Shown here piece by piece: positions 8,988-20,156 of a stretch of 64,000 nt of DNA; the first letter of the stretch is position 1, and every line of letters starts with the position of its first letter. The stretch comes from Candidatus Latescibacterota bacterium (lineage in GTDB: Bacteria > Latescibacterota > UBA2968 > UBA8231). The translations under genes were made by a program, and so were the position numbers. The notes beneath the pieces are model-generated. The model ran no database searches, was not told the DNA's origin, and worked only from the letters and a program-made list of their open reading frames with translations. The stretch lies in assembly GCA_965217585.1 (NCBI GenBank), contig OZ244561.1:5728001-5792000 (forward strand). Reading direction: 5' to 3'.

Positions 8988-10065
8988 GATAATCTTGCTC
9001 CTTGGCGCTGGTGCCAGCGCAGATGCCGATATACCAGACTCCAACAGCATGGTTCAAGAGATAGAAAAACTGGTCTCCAGCATAGATCCCAAGTGGAGTA
9101 AATTCAAAGACCTGTATCGCTTTATCCGAAGCTCAATTTTCTACGCGGATGGATTGGACGGAATCTTCGATGACAATGTCCCCTTCAATATTGAACGGCT
9201 TGTGAATGTTTTGGACGAACTCCATAAAAAGGAACGCCATGCACTTTATCCGTTTGTAGGCGCATGGAACCCAAAACTGCTAGATGTCGCTGGCAAAAAG
9301 TTCGAGCATATCCGCGAGTTCCGCAGTGCCATTATAGACATTCTCCGGAATGAATGGGTTGCTTTACCAAAAAAAGAAAGCGCCGCTTACTACTCAGGAC
9401 TTTTGCGGTTTCAAAAGGAATATGGGTATCCACTCCGTGTATTCTCCTTGAACTACGACCTTTGTGTTGAGCAGACCTGTCAGCAGGGAGAGGTGCAAAG
9501 AGGATTCTCCGATAGGGTGTGGGATTGGCGATTGTTCGATGAGACATCAGATGATCCAGCGCCACTAATGCTTTACAAGCTACATGGTTCAGTGGACTGG
9601 TACTTCTCTGAAGATGGTAGGGTCACCTATTCCGACTCCCCATCCACCATTAAAGACGAGGATGTCTCTCTCATTTTTGGAACTTCCTACAAGCTACAAT
9701 ATATCGACCCATTCCTTTTTCTGGCGTACGAGCTGAGGCGATGGACCCTAGACTCCGCGCGTATCATAGTATGCGTCGGTTACGGATTCAACGACGATCA
9801 CATAAATGGAATCCTGCAACAGTCTCTCCGCCAAGAGCGAGAGCGAAAACTTCTCGCCGTCATCGGACCAAACAATGAATCGAGCACCACCGATAAGAAA
9901 AAGCGCATATCAGAGCTACTGAAGGCTGAGGAAGGCCAGATTGAAGCCCAAGCGTGTGGTGCCGAGGAATTTTTGGGCAGTCTCCTGACCATCGCCTCCC
10001 TCTCGAACCTTTTTCCTTTTGAGGAGGATCTGTTTCCAGAGTCGCCAGATTTTTCCGAGGTTTGA
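8971..10065 (+). CDS. SIR2-family (SIR2_2) protein, putative NADase effector; start codon uncertain
   Basis: LLLGAGASADADIP, FSLNYD, YKLHGSVDW and VGYGFNDDHIN. Only TTG starts are available in frame (8917, 8971). Confidence 0.85.
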   Translation: MVGENEIILLLGAGASADADIPDSNSMVQEIEKLVSSIDPKWSKFKDLYRFIRSSIFYADGLDGIFDDNVPFNIERLVNVLDELHKKERHALYPFVGAWNPKLLDVAGKKFEHIREFRSAIIDILRNEWVALPKKESAAYYSGLLRFQKEYGYPLRVFSLNYDLCVEQTCQQGEVQRGFSDRVWDWRLFDETSDDPAPLMLYKLHGSVDWYFSEDGRVTYSDSPSTIKDEDVSLIFGTSYKLQYIDPFLFLAYELRRWTLDSARIIVCVGYGFNDDHINGILQQSLRQERERKLLAVIGPNNESSTTDKKKRISELLKAEEGQIEAQACGAEEFLGSLLTIASLSNLFPFEEDLFPESPDFSEV

Positions 10066-10179
10066 AAAATGGAGTGGAAGGTGCCAAATTGCGGAACTGA
10101 TTCCCGGAATCCGGCTCAAACGGGCAAAAGCAGTGCTTACCAGAAACCCAAATGAAGCTGCTATTTAAGGAGTAGGACT

Positions 10180-11859
10180 ATGTCTCTCGCTACGCAAATC
10201 ATAGACCAACAGGTGTCCGGTATCATCGCGAAACACTCGGACGCCTTTGCCAACGAGCTTCGGCTGGGCACCGACGAACAGAAGAGGCGTTCGATAGCGT
10301 TTTTATTTCTCGTCGCGAAAACGGCGTTCGACCTCACCGACGAGGAGACGCTCGACGGGGTTGTCGATGGCGGCAACGATTTCGGAGTCGATGCGCTCTA
10401 CTTTGAACCGCCTGTCGATGGGGATCTTCACATCACCCTGATACAGGGAAAATACAGAAGGGACCTCGGTGGAGACGCGGCATTCCCCGAAAACGCAATC
10501 GCCAAGATAATCGATGCGATCGGCGCACTCTTCGACCCGGCAAAACCAGTAAGGTTGAATAAGCGGCTGGACCAGCGGGTCGAAGACATACGTTCGTTTG
10601 TTGCAGAAGGCGCGATTCCACGAGTGACCGCAGTCGCCGCGAACAACGGAGCACGCTGGACGGCGGAAGCGCAGCAACGGATTGACAATGCCACGCAGGA
10701 CTTCGGTGGGCAGGTCGAATGGCGTTACATAGGGGCCGAAGAGCTCCTGGCTTTGTTGCAGGCGCGGAAACCGATCAGCGCCGAGTTGCAGTTCACCGGG
10801 CAGGCGATGGTCGAGACCTTCGACTTTCGGCGCGTACTGATAGGGCGCATGTCGGTCGCCGAGCTCGCACGTCTGACCAACGAGTACGATAATCAGCTAT
10901 TCGAAAGGAATATCCGCCGCTATCTGGGTCTCACGGGCAACCGCGTGAACGAAGCCGTCGCGGCCACCCTGCGCGAGCCGGATCAGCGCCCGAATTTCTA
11001 TTTCTATAATAATGGCGTCACAATCACTTGCTCCCAGTTCCGCCACAATGCACTCCAAAGGGATAACTGGCGGGTGCAAGTGAATGACCTGCAGATCGTC
11101 AACGGCGAGACGGCGCGCACCGTTCAGCAAATAGCCGGGGAAATCGGTCCAGAGATTGAAGCGGCGGAGGTGCTTGTCCGCATATACGAGCTTCTGCAGA
11201 ACGACAACGAGCTCGTCGAGGCGATTACCTTCGCCACGAACAGCCAGAACCCGGTCGATCTGAGAGATCTGAAAGCGAACGAGCCGCGCCAAGAAGCCCT
11301 GAGTACATCGATTTCCGGGTTGGGATATGCATACCGCGCTAAGCGCGAAGACCGAGCCGTATCACCCAATGAATTTACGAGTGCCGTAATCGCCGAAGCC
11401 GTCTTGGCGATCTGGCGTCACCGGCCGCATCAGGCGAGATTCAGCAGCCGAGAACATTTTGGTGCGCTGTACAACACGATCTTCACGGAAGACCTAAACG
11501 GTGCGCAAGCGATCATTGCCGCCCTGTTACTCAGGCATGCGGAAAACCGCCGCAAGAGGCCTCCGAAAGATGCTCCCGATTTCCTTGCTTATGGTTCCCG
11601 TTTCATCGCCATGCTGATGGGCCGCTATCTTCTGGAAGAAATGGACATTACGCTGGACAGACTCGACCACCGCAACTTTGAGCAGGCACAGAAGCTGGTC
11701 GAACAAAGGTCGGGCAGTTATTTATCTCGCGCTGAGGAAAAGATAGGAGAAGCGCTTGGTCCGTTGTTCAGCGATAGAGAGCAGACGCTGCAACGACTGT
11801 CGGCGACCTTCCGCCGAGCCGATCTTATCGACATGCTTCTGGATGTCGGCGATGTGTGA
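10180..11859 (+). CDS. AIPR family (abortive infection phage resistance) protein
   Basis: N-terminal [10 protein letters not shown]...IQGKY nuclease-like domain; [40 protein letters not shown] upstream. Confidence 0.88.
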   Translation: MSLATQIIDQQVSGIIAKHSDAFANELRLGTDEQKRRSIAFLFLVAKTAFDLTDEETLDGVVDGGNDFGVDALYFEPPVDGDLHITLIQGKYRRDLGGDAAFPENAIAKIIDAIGALFDPAKPVRLNKRLDQRVEDIRSFVAEGAIPRVTAVAANNGARWTAEAQQRIDNATQDFGGQVEWRYIGAEELLALLQARKPISAELQFTGQAMVETFDFRRVLIGRMSVAELARLTNEYDNQLFERNIRRYLGLTGNRVNEAVAATLREPDQRPNFYFYNNGVTITCSQFRHNALQRDNWRVQVNDLQIVNGETARTVQQIAGEIGPEIEAAEVLVRIYELLQNDNELVEAITFATNSQNPVDLRDLKANEPRQEALSTSISGLGYAYRAKREDRAVSPNEFTSAVIAEAVLAIWRHRPHQARFSSREHFGALYNTIFTEDLNGAQAIIAALLLRHAENRRKRPPKDAPDFLAYGSRFIAMLMGRYLLEEMDITLDRLDHRNFEQAQKLVEQRSGSYLSRAEEKIGEALGPLFSDREQTLQRLSATFRRADLIDMLLDVGDV

Positions 11860-11869
11860 CGAGCATGTC

Positions 11870-14806
11870 ATGACCCCCCTCAACATCAGCGAAGCCACCA
11901 CCGTCCAGTTCCCCATGGTCCGTCACGCGGCCGAGATCGGCTGGACGCCACTCTCCCCACAAGATGCCCTGAGCAAACGCGGCGGAGAGGTCGGGCTGCT
12001 ATTCCGCGATGAACTTGAAGGAACACTCGGGATATTCAATCCCTGGATGACAGACGATTCTATACGCGCCGTTGTCGAACGACTTGAAGCGATCCCACCG
12101 ACGATTGAGGGCAACCGCGAAATGCTCGCTTGGCTGCGCGGAGAGCGGCAGTGGTACGACGAAGCCGAAAAGCGATCCCGACCTATCCAACTCGTCGATT
12201 TCGCTACGCCCAGCACCAACATCTTCCACGTCACTTGGGAATGGAAGCTCAAGCCACCAGCGCGAAAGGGCAACCGCGCAGACGTGATGTTCGTCGTCAA
12301 CGGCGTGCCGGTCGCCATCGTCGAGCATAAGAACCCAAAGGACGCCGACGCTATCGAGCGGGGTGTCACTCAATTGAAACGCTACGAGAAGGAGACGCCA
12401 GAGCTGATGGGGACGGCGCAACTCTTCAACGTTACGCACCTCCTCGACTATTGGTATGGCGTCACTTGGAATATAGCGCGTCGGTCCATGGCGCGTTGGA
12501 AGGAGCGGCCGGAGGAAAGCTATCGCTTCGCCGTCCAGTCGTTCTTTGAGCCGACCGATTTCCTGCGCACGCTGCGCGATTGGATCCTGTTTTACGTCGA
12601 AGACGGCGAGACGCGGAAGTCCGTGCTGCGCCAGCACCAACGCCGAGCCGTGGACCGCATCGTCGAGCGCTGCGCCGAGCCGACGAAACAGCGCGGACTC
12701 ATCTGGCATACCCAAGGCTCCGGCAAGACCTTCACCCTGCTCACCGCCGCTCGTCTGATCTTGGAACGCAAGGATGAATTCAGCACTCCGACAGTGGTAG
12801 TGGTCGTGGACCGGACGGAACTCGAAGGGCAACTCAAGGGCTGGGTTGAGCGGCTGCTCGGCGAGATGCAGCAGCAGGATATCGCAGTATGGCGAGCAGA
12901 CTCCAAGGCCGAACTGCGGGATATGCTCAAAACCGACAAGCGCGGCCTAATCCTGTCCATGATCCACAAGTTCGAGGGGCTGGAGCAAGACGCCAATACC
13001 CGCGACAACGTGTACGTATTCATCGACGAGGCACACCGCTCAGTCGCCAAGGAACTGGGCACCTATCTGATGGCGGCCGTGCCCAACGCGACGATCATCG
13101 GCTTCACCGGCACGCCGATTGACCAGACCGCGTACGGGAAAGGTACCTTCAAGATATTCGGGGTCGATGACAAGTTGGGCTATCTCGACAAGTACCCCAT
13201 TGCCGAGTCGATTAAGGACGAGACGACGCTGCCGATCCGCCACACCATGGCCCCGAGCGAAATGACGGTGCCGGCAGAGAGGCTCGACCAGGAATTCTTC
13301 GCCCTCGCCGAGATGGAGGGCGTCACCGACGTCGACGAGCTCAACAAGGTCCTCGACCAAGCCGTCGGCCTGCGCACCTTCCTCACCGCCGACGACCGCA
13401 TCGAAAAAGTTGCCGCATTCGTCGCCAAACATTTCCGCGAGAACGTGGCACCGCTCCATTACAAGGCGTTCCTCGTCGGCGTGAACCGCGAAGCCTGTGC
13501 CAAGTACAAGCGGGCACTCGACAAGCTACTGCCCCCCGAATGGACTACGCCGGTCTATACCGAGAACGCCGCCGACATCGTCACCCGCCCGCTCGTTGCG
13601 AAGTACCAGCTTTCGCCGGACCGCGAGGCAGACACGCGCCTGATGTTCAAGAAAGCGGATGCGAATCCGAAGATCCTCATCGTCACCGACAAACTGCTCA
13701 CGGGCTACGACGCGCCGCTCCTCTACTGCCTGTATCTCGACAAGCCCATGCGCGACCACGTACTCCTGCAAGCCATCGCGCGCGTGAACCGCCCTTACGG
13801 TACGCAAAAACGGATCGGCCTCGTGGTCGATTTTGTGGGCGTACTGCGCGAATTGAAAAAGGCGTTGCAGTTCGACTCATCCGACGTCAGTGGCGCAATT
13901 GAGGACCTCGATCTCCTGCTGAGCGACTTGCTCGACAAGCTCAGACGAGCGGAAGCTACCTACCTCGCCGATGGGGAAAACGGTGGCGCAGATGAACAAC
14001 TGGAGAAGCTCGTCTATGGGCGTTTTCTAGCACCAGAGCAGCGCAAGGAGTTCTTTGAAGCCTACAAGGAGATTGAGGCACTTTGGGAGATCTTGTCACC
14101 TTCGCCAGAGTTGCGCGACCACATCGAAACCTTCAGGCGGCTGGCGCGACTCTATGAGACCGTGCGCAACGCCTATGCCAGGGGCACCAACTACACGGCG
14201 GACTTGGCTAACAAAACGCGGTTTCTGGTACAAGAGAATGCTACTCAAGAAGGGCTCGGCCGTCTGACGAAGACCGTGACGTTTGACGTATCCACCCTTA
14301 AAGCGCTGCGAATCGAGCCGGGCTTGGATGAGACCAAGGTGTTCAACCTCGTGCGCGGCCTCCAGCAGGAAATCGAGAGCAACCCAGACAAAGAGTCCGT
14401 GCTGCTGCCCTTAAAGGAACGCGCCGAAAGCATCCTGAAGGAACTGGAGAATCGCAAGATGACTGCTCTGGCGGCCATGGATCGGTTAGCTGATCTTGCC
14501 GCGGAGAAGGATGCAGCCATCCGGGCCGAACGGGATAGCGGGCTATCGTCGCGCGCGTTCGCCGTCCATTGGGCGCTAAAGGACGACGCCAAGCTAAAGA
14601 TCGCTGGCATCAACACCTTAGAGTTGGCACAACGAGCGGAAACGCTTCTCGCCCGCTTTCCCAACGCGGCTGTCAACGCCGATGAGCAACGACGGCTGCG
14701 CACGGCCCTCTATGTTCCGCTGCTGCGACTGCAAAGAGACGAACGGAGCCGCGTCGTAGAGCGCATCCTCGGCATTTTGGGAGCAAGCATCGATGCGGAC
14801 GCCTGA
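11870..14806 (+). CDS. hsdR: Type I R-M restriction subunit
   Basis: Nuclease motif [19 protein letters not shown], Walker [13 protein letters not shown] box, [21 protein letters not shown]. Confidence 0.93.
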   Translation: MTPLNISEATTVQFPMVRHAAEIGWTPLSPQDALSKRGGEVGLLFRDELEGTLGIFNPWMTDDSIRAVVERLEAIPPTIEGNREMLAWLRGERQWYDEAEKRSRPIQLVDFATPSTNIFHVTWEWKLKPPARKGNRADVMFVVNGVPVAIVEHKNPKDADAIERGVTQLKRYEKETPELMGTAQLFNVTHLLDYWYGVTWNIARRSMARWKERPEESYRFAVQSFFEPTDFLRTLRDWILFYVEDGETRKSVLRQHQRRAVDRIVERCAEPTKQRGLIWHTQGSGKTFTLLTAARLILERKDEFSTPTVVVVVDRTELEGQLKGWVERLLGEMQQQDIAVWRADSKAELRDMLKTDKRGLILSMIHKFEGLEQDANTRDNVYVFIDEAHRSVAKELGTYLMAAVPNATIIGFTGTPIDQTAYGKGTFKIFGVDDKLGYLDKYPIAESIKDETTLPIRHTMAPSEMTVPAERLDQEFFALAEMEGVTDVDELNKVLDQAVGLRTFLTADDRIEKVAAFVAKHFRENVAPLHYKAFLVGVNREACAKYKRALDKLLPPEWTTPVYTENAADIVTRPLVAKYQLSPDREADTRLMFKKADANPKILIVTDKLLTGYDAPLLYCLYLDKPMRDHVLLQAIARVNRPYGTQKRIGLVVDFVGVLRELKKALQFDSSDVSGAIEDLDLLLSDLLDKLRRAEATYLADGENGGADEQLEKLVYGRFLAPEQRKEFFEAYKEIEALWEILSPSPELRDHIETFRRLARLYETVRNAYARGTNYTADLANKTRFLVQENATQEGLGRLTKTVTFDVSTLKALRIEPGLDETKVFNLVRGLQQEIESNPDKESVLLPLKERAESILKELENRKMTALAAMDRLADLAAEKDAAIRAERDSGLSSRAFAVHWALKDDAKLKIAGINTLELAQRAETLLARFPNAAVNADEQRRLRTALYVPLLRLQRDERSRVVERILGILGASIDADA

Positions 14807-15152
14807 CGAACGACGCAAGGTCATGCGCGAGCGCGTCGCATCTTGGGCACAGCGGCTGAACGTCCAGCCACGGCAGGTACGCGTGCAGCGCATGACGCGC
14901 AAGTGGGGTTCGTGTTCGACCGCGGGCGTCGTCACCCTCGCCGCCGACCTCGTCGATCAGGACTTAGGCTTTCAAGACTTCGTCATTGTCCACGAGCTGC
15001 TGCACCTGCGCGTGCCCAATCACGGCAAGCTCTTCAAAGCCTTGCTGACGGCTCACGTGCCCGCTTGGCAAACATACGCCACAGCACGCACTGCTCAGCG
15101 CACCAACGCCAAGCGCCCCACCGCGACAAACGAATCCGCCACCAAGCGATAA
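14793..15152 (+). CDS. M48/YgjP-like (DUF45) zinc metallopeptidase, short form
   Basis: MTRKWGSCS and VIVHELLHL (HExxH); usual position after hsdR. The tail overlaps the convergent M6 gene by 58 nt. Confidence 0.82.
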   Translation: MRTPDERRKVMRERVASWAQRLNVQPRQVRVQRMTRKWGSCSTAGVVTLAADLVDQDLGFQDFVIVHELLHLRVPNHGKLFKALLTAHVPAWQTYATARTAQRTNAKRPTATNESATKR

Positions 15153-15266
15153 AAGTAAATCCCCGAAGCCACCGCCCGCCCACCTCGATCGCGCCCATCC
15201 CAGACAAACCGATAGCGGCCAGCCGCTAACGGCCCGTCCACTAAATGGCGCACGGGCCGGCCCAAC
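15024..15266 (+). repeat. ~240-bp direct repeat, copy 2
   Basis: Matches 3885-4126 and spans the overlapping 3' ends of the M48 and M6 genes. Confidence 0.92.
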
Positions 15267-18200
15267 GCATCGTAGAGCACCAGCGCGACCGACACTGCCT
15301 TCGGCAAGTCAAACGACAGCGCAACCTCGGCGTTGAAGGGATTGGGATAGGCCGGATGCAGTGCAAAGTCGGCGGGCAAAGCCACCGCCTTAGCCCCCCC
15401 TTCTTCCGTGCGAAACGGCACCCACGCCACCGCACCCTCGATCTGCGCAGCAATGGCCGCGCTATCGGCTGCACTCCAGTAGTTGTCTTGGGCCTTCAAC
15501 TCCTCGACGCTCAAGTTCTCAATGGCCGTGGAATTGTTGGCAAAGGTGTTGCCGCGAATCGCCGTCGGCACCTGTGGCCCTTCGACCCGGATGGCCACGG
15601 CATTGTCTGCAAAGCGGTTGCCGACGATATGCGGCGCAGAATCCACGGATTGGATGGCCAGCGTCCCGCGGACAAACTCGCTGGCGCGAATCTCCAGCGC
15701 CTCCACGCCGGCCAGCTCCAAACCCCGACCCCCGACAAACGAGCTCGTCCCAATCACCCCTCTCGTCCCCAGCCCCAAACGCAGGCCCGCAGTAACATGC
15801 GCCCTGAACGTCGAGTTCCATATCTCCACCAGCGACCCAGCGATTTCGGCACCGGCGCGCAAGTTGCGTTCGACCAGCACCTGCGCGAGGACCAAGCGCG
15901 CCGCGCTCCCGGCGCGCAGGCCATCGCCTTGGTTGCCGACGATGCGGCTGTCGTGCAATTCCACTTCGCCTAGCCACTCCTCCAAATCCATGCCGTGCGC
16001 GGTGTTTTGCTCAATCTGCGACTTCCACATCTCGATGCGCTGGCCGCGGCCGCCTATGGCCCGCACCCCAGTCCGTGGGTCGTCTGGGTCGAGCTGGCCG
16101 TTGTCGATTACGGCGACGCGGATGGCCTCTAAGGATGCGTTATTGAGCAAGATCCCCTCTTGGCCATTGCCCTCAATGGTGACGTTGCGCAGCGCGAGTT
16201 GCCCGCTGCCGGCGATGAGTATGGCTGGGCCGGAGATGATGGTAAATTCGGTTCGATCTACCTGTGCTCGGCCATTGAGCGTCAGCCGCAGGCCATTGCC
16301 GCCGCTTTCGCTCACCGCGGAGTCAGCGATGCGCAGGGTCGTCACCTCGTCAATCTCGCCGCTAAAGGCAAAAGCCGTGCGCGTTAGCTCGGCGTGCTGC
16401 ACCTCGACTTGGGCACCCGGCAACACGCGAATGCCATACCACAAGCCGTCGTTGTCCGGGCCGGGATCAGTGGTTAGCTGCGCCCGATCCCCAGCCACCC
16501 CTTCAATCGTCAACGCGCCTTCCACGATCAGCTCGGCGAAATCCGGGGACACGCCGCGCCGGCTGAGATCAAAGCGGGCAAAAGACACGCTGCTCGGGCC
16601 GATGTGCAGTTCGGACCCGACTGGCACCACCAAATCCGCGTACACGGCCCGCTCGTCCAGCCACTCCGTCCGCCCTGGGGGCAGGCGGAAGCCGACGACC
16701 CCGCGATGGGCGTGTTCAATCGCGATGGCCGCCGGATCGACCGCTTGGCCGTCGAGCAAATAAATACCCGACCAGTCCAAGGGCCCGGTGCGCGTCGCAC
16801 TCGACTTAAAGGATGCGCCCTCCCCAATTTTGAGATCGCCATAGACGATCAGCTCGCTGCGGTCTGGATCAAACCCCGTGCCCTGCGCATCACCGCGGGC
16901 AAAGCGGATCTCCGCATCGGCATCAATGGTCAGCGTTGCGCCCGGTGCCACGACCACGTCCCCGTCCAAATCTACCCGGTCCGTCCACGTCTCGTCGCCG
17001 ACAATGTGGCCGGTGCGTTGCTGCCGGACCACATCGACGACCATAGCTGCGCCATGCGGGCGGATGTTTTCTATGGCCACGCCCAACGGCAAGTTCCGCA
17101 TAAAGCCCGTGTGCCCGCTGAAGGCCGGATTCATATCCCAGGCGAAGCGGCGGAAACGGACGCCGTCAAAGGGGTCGGTCGCGTCGCCTTGGTTGCCGTT
17201 GTGGGACGAGGAGTACGCCAAGTCCCGCGCCCAAAAGTCGAGATTGTCCCGTCCCTCCACGGCATCTGGGTCGCCGCTGGGAAAGCCCCGGTCGGCAAAA
17301 AGCCCATCGGCGCACACTAAATCGACCTGTTTGTGGCGTTCCTCGTCGTTGTCCGCTTGCTCGTCTATGTGCCAGATGAGCAGGCCGTCTTGCGGGATAT
17401 TGCGGTTGTAGTACGAGCCGTCGGCGCGCCGGTGCTCCAGCAGGAAGTACTCGTCTTGGGTCAGGGGAATTTTGTACGCCTTCCGGTCGCTGAAGATCTC
17501 CCCGATCTCCAGCCCTTCGACGCTCCCTTCCACTTCCACCACCTCCACCCAACCGAGGGTGGCCAGCGACCAAGCCGAAAAGGCGTTGGGGCCATCTTCC
17601 ACGCCCCAACCGAGCGTCCCCCAGCCCATGATCCCCCACTTGCCAATGCCCGCGGAGTCCTCCTCCGGGTCCAACTCGCTCACGGTCAACGCCGTCTGAT
17701 CGAAGAGATCGGGCAACCCCAACACGTGCGCGAACTCGTGGCACATCGTCGAGGCCGTGATGCTGAAGGTGTGGCCCCGCTGCGTGGTGCCACTGAAACC
17801 CGTGAAGCGACTCCGCACCCGCACAAAGTCGCCGTCGGCCGCCGGATCGTCGCTGATGTAATCGGCGTCTAGCCCCAGACTGGCGATGCCAGTGGCTGCG
17901 CCGACGAAGAAGTCGCGGGGCGCGGTATGCAAGTTGATAAAGACGATATCGACGTAGCCATCGTCGTCGCCGGAGTTGGGCACTCCATCGGGGCCGTCGT
18001 TGTCAAAGTGCCCAAAATCGACGTCCGCGTCGGCTGCCGTGAGAACCTCCAGATTGAAGCGACCAAACTGGCCCAAGGCCCCCGGGGCATCAGCCAAGTA
18101 GGTATCTGCGGCCGCGCGCGAGCGATAGCGCCGGGGCAGCACCTGGCCATCGATGTGGAGTCGTCCGTCCGACATCTCGCGGTAGAAGTGGGCAAAACTG

Positions 18201-18418
18201 CCGGGCAACTCGGCGTCGAAAAGGTCGTTCGCCCAAGAGGGTGCAGTGGCAGGGGCCCCCTCGTTCTGGAACTGCGAAAAGATAACCAGCGCGCTCAGAT
18301 GCTCCGGCGTCTGCACAACCCGTCGCGCCGACGGCTCCAACGCCGCGCAGGCAAACTCGGCTGCTAGGGCTTGGGAGGGGAGGACGAGGAGCAGGAAAAG
18401 GAACAATCGCTGCGACAT
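15095..18418 (-). CDS. Secreted M6-family (immune inhibitor A-like) metalloprotease with beta-helix repeats and C-terminal FlgD-Ig-like domain
   Basis: Signal peptide [19 protein letters not shown]; [13 protein letters not shown]; EYFLLEHR; parallel beta-helix repeats; tail PAYPNPFN...[15 protein letters not shown]. Confidence 0.82.
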   Translation of the reverse strand: MSQRLFLFLLLVLPSQALAAEFACAALEPSARRVVQTPEHLSALVIFSQFQNEGAPATAPSWANDLFDAELPGSFAHFYREMSDGRLHIDGQVLPRRYRSRAAADTYLADAPGALGQFGRFNLEVLTAADADVDFGHFDNDGPDGVPNSGDDDGYVDIVFINLHTAPRDFFVGAATGIASLGLDADYISDDPAADGDFVRVRSRFTGFSGTTQRGHTFSITASTMCHEFAHVLGLPDLFDQTALTVSELDPEEDSAGIGKWGIMGWGTLGWGVEDGPNAFSAWSLATLGWVEVVEVEGSVEGLEIGEIFSDRKAYKIPLTQDEYFLLEHRRADGSYYNRNIPQDGLLIWHIDEQADNDEERHKQVDLVCADGLFADRGFPSGDPDAVEGRDNLDFWARDLAYSSSHNGNQGDATDPFDGVRFRRFAWDMNPAFSGHTGFMRNLPLGVAIENIRPHGAAMVVDVVRQQRTGHIVGDETWTDRVDLDGDVVVAPGATLTIDADAEIRFARGDAQGTGFDPDRSELIVYGDLKIGEGASFKSSATRTGPLDWSGIYLLDGQAVDPAAIAIEHAHRGVVGFRLPPGRTEWLDERAVYADLVVPVGSELHIGPSSVSFARFDLSRRGVSPDFAELIVEGALTIEGVAGDRAQLTTDPGPDNDGLWYGIRVLPGAQVEVQHAELTRTAFAFSGEIDEVTTLRIADSAVSESGGNGLRLTLNGRAQVDRTEFTIISGPAILIAGSGQLALRNVTIEGNGQEGILLNNASLEAIRVAVIDNGQLDPDDPRTGVRAIGGRGQRIEMWKSQIEQNTAHGMDLEEWLGEVELHDSRIVGNQGDGLRAGSAARLVLAQVLVERNLRAGAEIAGSLVEIWNSTFRAHVTAGLRLGLGTRGVIGTSSFVGGRGLELAGVEALEIRASEFVRGTLAIQSVDSAPHIVGNRFADNAVAIRVEGPQVPTAIRGNTFANNSTAIENLSVEELKAQDNYWSAADSAAIAAQIEGAVAWVPFRTEEGGAKAVALPADFALHPAYPNPFNAEVALSFDLPKAVSVALVLYDALGRPVRHLVDGPLAAGRYRFVWDGRDRGGRAVASGIYFYRLVADSFVAVGRLALVR

Positions 18419-18426
18419 CGTGCAGA

Positions 18427-18906
18427 CTAGGCGTCTGGGAGTTGCTGGTTTTCGAGATAGAAGGTCTGGTCGCCGTCGATGATTGTCGTGCATTGATATA
18501 CCCTTCCGGCCAGTCGCGGCGGCAGGAAGGACGACAGGTCGTCGGGCGCGACGAACTTTTGGCTCTTCAGCTCTTTGGGGTCCAGACGGATCTCGGCTAG
18601 GTCGGCGGATGTCAGCAGGCCGCCAAAAAAAATAAACATCAGGCTTTCGGTCTTATCCCCGTCGCGGTCGTTGTAATCGACGCAGAGTAGGCGGCTGATC
18701 GAGCGGTCCAAGCCCAGCTCTTCCTTTATCTCGCGCATACAGGCCGCCAGCGGTGACTCGTCTTTTTCCACTACACCACCGGGTATTTCCCAGAAATCCT
18801 TGTAGGTCGGCTGGACCAAGGGGACGCGCCCCTGTTCGTCGAAGAACAAAGCACCGGAGCCCATGCGCTTGGCGGGCAGTGATTCGTAGAAGGCTTTTTT
18901 GAGCAT
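18427..18906 (-). CDS. NUDIX hydrolase
   Basis: Nudix box GGVVEKDESPLAACMREIKEELGL. Confidence 0.88.
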   Translation of the reverse strand: MLKKAFYESLPAKRMGSGALFFDEQGRVPLVQPTYKDFWEIPGGVVEKDESPLAACMREIKEELGLDRSISRLLCVDYNDRDGDKTESLMFIFFGGLLTSADLAEIRLDPKELKSQKFVAPDDLSSFLPPRLAGRVYQCTTIIDGDQTFYLENQQLPDA

Positions 18907-18913
18907 AAGATCC

Positions 18914-19057
18914 TCAGGCCGTCCAGCAATCATCGGTATAGGCGTCGCGTAGGAAGAGCTTTTTGCGGTAGGGGTCGGCACCCTCGATCCATTCCGGCGG
19001 GATTTCCTGGGTATGGCGGTGCGGCGGGCCGGCTTCTTTGAAGATGTCGATGTTGAG
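18914..19057 (-). pseudogene. Possible orphan 3' gene remnant with host-like codon usage
   Basis: Start-less frame LNIDIFKEAGPPHRHTQEIPPEWIEGADPYRKKLFLRDAYTDDCWTA* ends 7 nt before the NUDIX start and is preceded by an in-frame stop. Confidence 0.35.
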
Positions 19058-19091
19058 TCAGCATAGAATGCTCACTGGCAAAAGTGTTATT

Positions 19092-20132
19092 TCAATCCAC
19101 CGCAGCGAGTTTCAGAAACTCGTATTCAGGCTTGCTCGTAAAAAAGTCGCCTTCGACGTCCCCAAGTTTTTCGACCGTTGCTCTGATGGCGTGTTCTGAT
19201 TGGTCAATGCCGATCCAGTTTCTGTTGAGCCGCTGAGCGGATTTTAACGTCGTCCCCGATCCGCAGAAACAGTCCAGCACAATGCTTCCCGGATTGGAAG
19301 AGGTGCGAATAATCAAGTCTAATAATCCAGCGTTTTTCTCCGTTGGATAGACTGGATATTGAGGGTCTTTATATTCCCAAATGTCTTGTACCCTCTTACC
19401 CTCTCTTTCGTCTGCAAATACTACTTTTCTTGGATTACCCGTTGCCGACCATTCTATCAGGCCGTCTTTATCCCACCTCTCCAGCGTCTCGACGTCGGTC
19501 CTCCAGTGTCGGCCTTTTGGCGGCATCATGCCCCTAAACGGCTGACTGGATTTTCCGCGTTCAGTTTCTCCCGGCGCGTGAATCGGCACTGTAGTATAGC
19601 GTCTTCCTCGTTTGTCTATTTTTGGAAATAACTTTTCGATGTCTTTTGCCGAGTATTTTTCTTTTGGTTCATTCCAGATAGGATGCGACGCTTTGCTGTA
19701 AAAGAGGATCAAGTCTTTCACATTCCCATAGCCCGTTCTCTTAAAGTTCTTGGGATTGCATTTTATGCGCGTGATGTCGTTGCGAAAGTTCTCCATGCCA
19801 AACACTTCGTCCATCATCACTTTGATGTAATGGCCGATCTTATAGTCGATATGCAAATAAATTGAACCGCTCGTAGATAAAAGTTCCCTTAGCAAGAGCA
19901 ATCTTTTCCTCAAAAATTCAACAAACTCAGAACCTATTAATCGATCAGAATAGGCAATGGAGCCGCTACGCGAATGGCTAACTGTCGCAGCGCGGTCTTC
20001 GGTAATGGTAAAATTACTGCCCGTAGCAAAGGGCGGGTCGATGTACACCAAATCTATTTTCTCTTGCAAATTTCTATCTTGCAAGAGGTAATTCAGGCTC
20101 TTGAGGGTCTCCCCTCGGATAAGCAAATTCAT
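19092..20132 (-). CDS. Orphan beta-class N6/N4 DNA methyltransferase (Mod-like)
   Basis: Motif IV YIDPPF precedes motif I LDCFCGSGTT; YPTEK. AT-richer than its flanks, with no adjacent endonuclease. Confidence 0.9.
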   Translation of the reverse strand: MNLLIRGETLKSLNYLLQDRNLQEKIDLVYIDPPFATGSNFTITEDRAATVSHSRSGSIAYSDRLIGSEFVEFLRKRLLLLRELLSTSGSIYLHIDYKIGHYIKVMMDEVFGMENFRNDITRIKCNPKNFKRTGYGNVKDLILFYSKASHPIWNEPKEKYSAKDIEKLFPKIDKRGRRYTTVPIHAPGETERGKSSQPFRGMMPPKGRHWRTDVETLERWDKDGLIEWSATGNPRKVVFADEREGKRVQDIWEYKDPQYPVYPTEKNAGLLDLIIRTSSNPGSIVLDCFCGSGTTLKSAQRLNRNWIGIDQSEHAIRATVEKLGDVEGDFFTSKPEYEFLKLAAVD

Positions 20133-20156
20133 CTAAAAGAGTAGTCAGGGGTGGAC

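Noticed and set aside
7542-10065. Calling the pAgo-SIR2 pair a SPARSA (short pAgo) system
   Set aside because: SIR2 lies downstream and shows no evident APAZ extension, and the pAgo has a long N-terminal region, which fits long-B better.
11756-11869. Extended N-termini given by the ORF track for hsdR (also for mlrC, the M6 protease, the RES toxin and Fe-ADH)
   Set aside because: The extensions overlap upstream genes; downstream starts fit the family N-termini and coupling better.
15245-16763. Long plus-strand ORFs (242 and 426 aa) opposite the M6 gene, and similar antisense ORFs elsewhere (1082-1909, 23046-24074, 44175-45122, 54936-55604)
   Set aside because: Shadow frames of GC-rich coding genes with no recognisable motifs.
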